NCBI GenBank assembly: GCA_016748015.1
Contig: JAAOMT010000213.1
Span: forward strand, 464,485-528,484
Direction: 5' to 3'
Length of the DNA stretch: 64,000 bases
Source: Geosiphon pyriformis uo1
Lineage: Eukaryota > Fungi > Glomeromycota
This document shows positions 62,530 to 64,000 of the stretch, one piece after another; position 1 is the stretch's first letter, and each line of letters begins with the position of its first letter. Under the pieces are notes generated by a model. That model was not told the origin of the DNA. It did no database searches and worked only from the letters and a program-made list of their open reading frames with translations. Made by a program: the position numbers and the translations under genes.

Positions 62530-63617
62530 GTGGCAGAATTAGAAAATATAAGAGCAAATCATTTAGAATTTGCGAAATTCTTATTTCAACACTATTGTCA
62601 ACACTTGAGATTAAACCACAATTATATATCCACCAAATCAGCCTTTAATTTCTATGTCAACAAAAAGATTTCCTTTTTGTTAGGAACACCAGTGAATACT
62701 AAATCAGCAAGAGAAACTTTCTACAGAGAATTAATTCAAAACACCAACCTACCAACAAATCATAATTTTACATCCATTATTACTGAGATTAACAAAGAAA
62801 TTGAACATCACACCCAACAAAGATATCCAATTACATACACTAGTAAAGACAAAGAAAAATTACAAACACCAGCAGTAACTCCCAGAAAAATACAACCACC
62901 TACTTGGAAGAAGACAAAAGTTGAATCACCAACCAATCCATCTTATTACTATACACTCGGAAGCACCATCAACATTTTATCAACAGATGCATCCACATTA
63001 AATGCAACATCAGCATTTGGATGATTCCCATTCCAAAGTAAACAAAAGAAAACAGAATTATTAGGACCATATAGCAAATACTTCAAAGGATTTAAATCAC
63101 AATCACCAATGCCATCAGGAATTTGATCACCGCCACCTCAACCAGATTTTGGAACCACTACCCCATAGGAACTATTTGAAGAAGAAAAGAAAGAAGAATC
63201 AAAAGATCAAAAATTTATTTACCAAAACCCAATCACTGAAAACCCGGAAGTTGAAACACCGAATCTTCAAATCCAGCAAAATTTAAATTTAGAAAACCCA
63301 GAAATCAAAACCCTGAATATTCAACCATCACCAAATTAGAACAATCAGAACTCCAATCTAATTAATCAACCAGACTTACTTCTCATTATCATCATTAACC
63401 CACCACCAGTTGAACTGATTGGCCAGCCACTACAACAATCACACCAGCAGATTCAACAGCCACTAATACCACTTTAACAACCACCACAACACAACTTAGA
63501 TCCAATGGCATATGCACCAATAGCCAAACTTGAGAAATTCACTGGCAAAGAGGATGACACTTAAGCCTGAATTAATGATGTCGCCAAAGCAATTACTGCC
63601 AATAACTGGAATGACGC
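62530..63617 (+). pseudogene. gag: Element F Gag, 5' part
   Basis: GTG in AAAGTGG; AELENIRANHLEFAK; capsid start MAYAPIAKLEKF ~63506. Confidence 0.85.
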
Positions 63618-64000
63618 TGTTACTGGAGGTTTTTGGTCTCTTTTCTTAAATGTTGGTAATGTTAATTTGCTATAAATTCACATTTTCAGGAAGTAGTTGA
63701 ACCTCCAATAACTGAATTTATCTTCAAATTATCTCCTATAATTTGAACTGCTGGGCTTATAAGTAGAATGGCCAATTCTTTGCCAGTTACTTTATGTAGT
63801 TATGTTGTAGTAAATGTCAACTCTTTCCCAGGAATTGCTTGTCTGGAAGCTCACTAAAAATGTGTAGTTACTTTGCTGTAAAAGTCAACTCTTCTACAGA
63901 AATCTTGTCTGTAGACTACCCTAATGATTGTAATAAGAAAAGAAAAGAAAAAAATAAAAGAAATGTAAAAGAAATAGAATTTTCTCAAGAGAAACGTTTT
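63618..64000 (-). mobile_element. LTR of element G (C family), inserted in gag of F, truncated by the window end
   Basis: Near-identical to 27104-27485; left flank ACGC. Confidence 0.9.

Larger units (their letters stand above)
61632..64000 (+). mobile_element. LTR retrotransposon F (5' LTR 61632-62467, PBS, start of gag), interrupted by G and running off the window
   Basis: TGTTA...TAATA LTR; TTTGGTGCTCCCTG PBS; gag very similar to that of E. Confidence 0.9.

Overview
Gene-free, very AT-rich eukaryotic repeat cluster, probably fungal (it resembles Glomeromycotina TE-rich DNA; this is an inference). It consists of nested, mutationally decayed retroelements. One full-length LINE (ORF1; APE-RT-RNase H-Zn finger; 5564-39757) is split by LTR elements A (11310-21197) and B (22025-39678), and B carries C (27104-37029, minus). 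A 3' fragment of a LINE-like element (41428-41763, minus) is followed by LTR element D (41764-61627, carrying E at 44864-54988) and, only 4 bp later, by F (61632 to the window end, carrying G). Two solo LTRs lie at 686-1535 and 2724-3589. All LTR elements belong to one unusual Ty3/Gypsy-type lineage with TGTTA...TAACA ends and 4-bp TSDs, and they share a complex-retrovirus-like layout. (1) A single Gag-Pol frame opens at a conserved AAAGTGG (GUG), followed by an AUG-poor extension and then the capsid AUG. (2) A ~200-aa Cys-rich module and a dUTPase sit between protease and RT. (3) Pol stops at the same point right after RNase H, and integrase is a separate ORF with its own AUG. (4) A non-Env accessory ORF3 precedes the PPT. 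This layout is the best candidate for an undescribed system. Nearly all ORFs are broken by C>T/G>A transitions. All coordinates and comparisons were read by eye; no searches were run.
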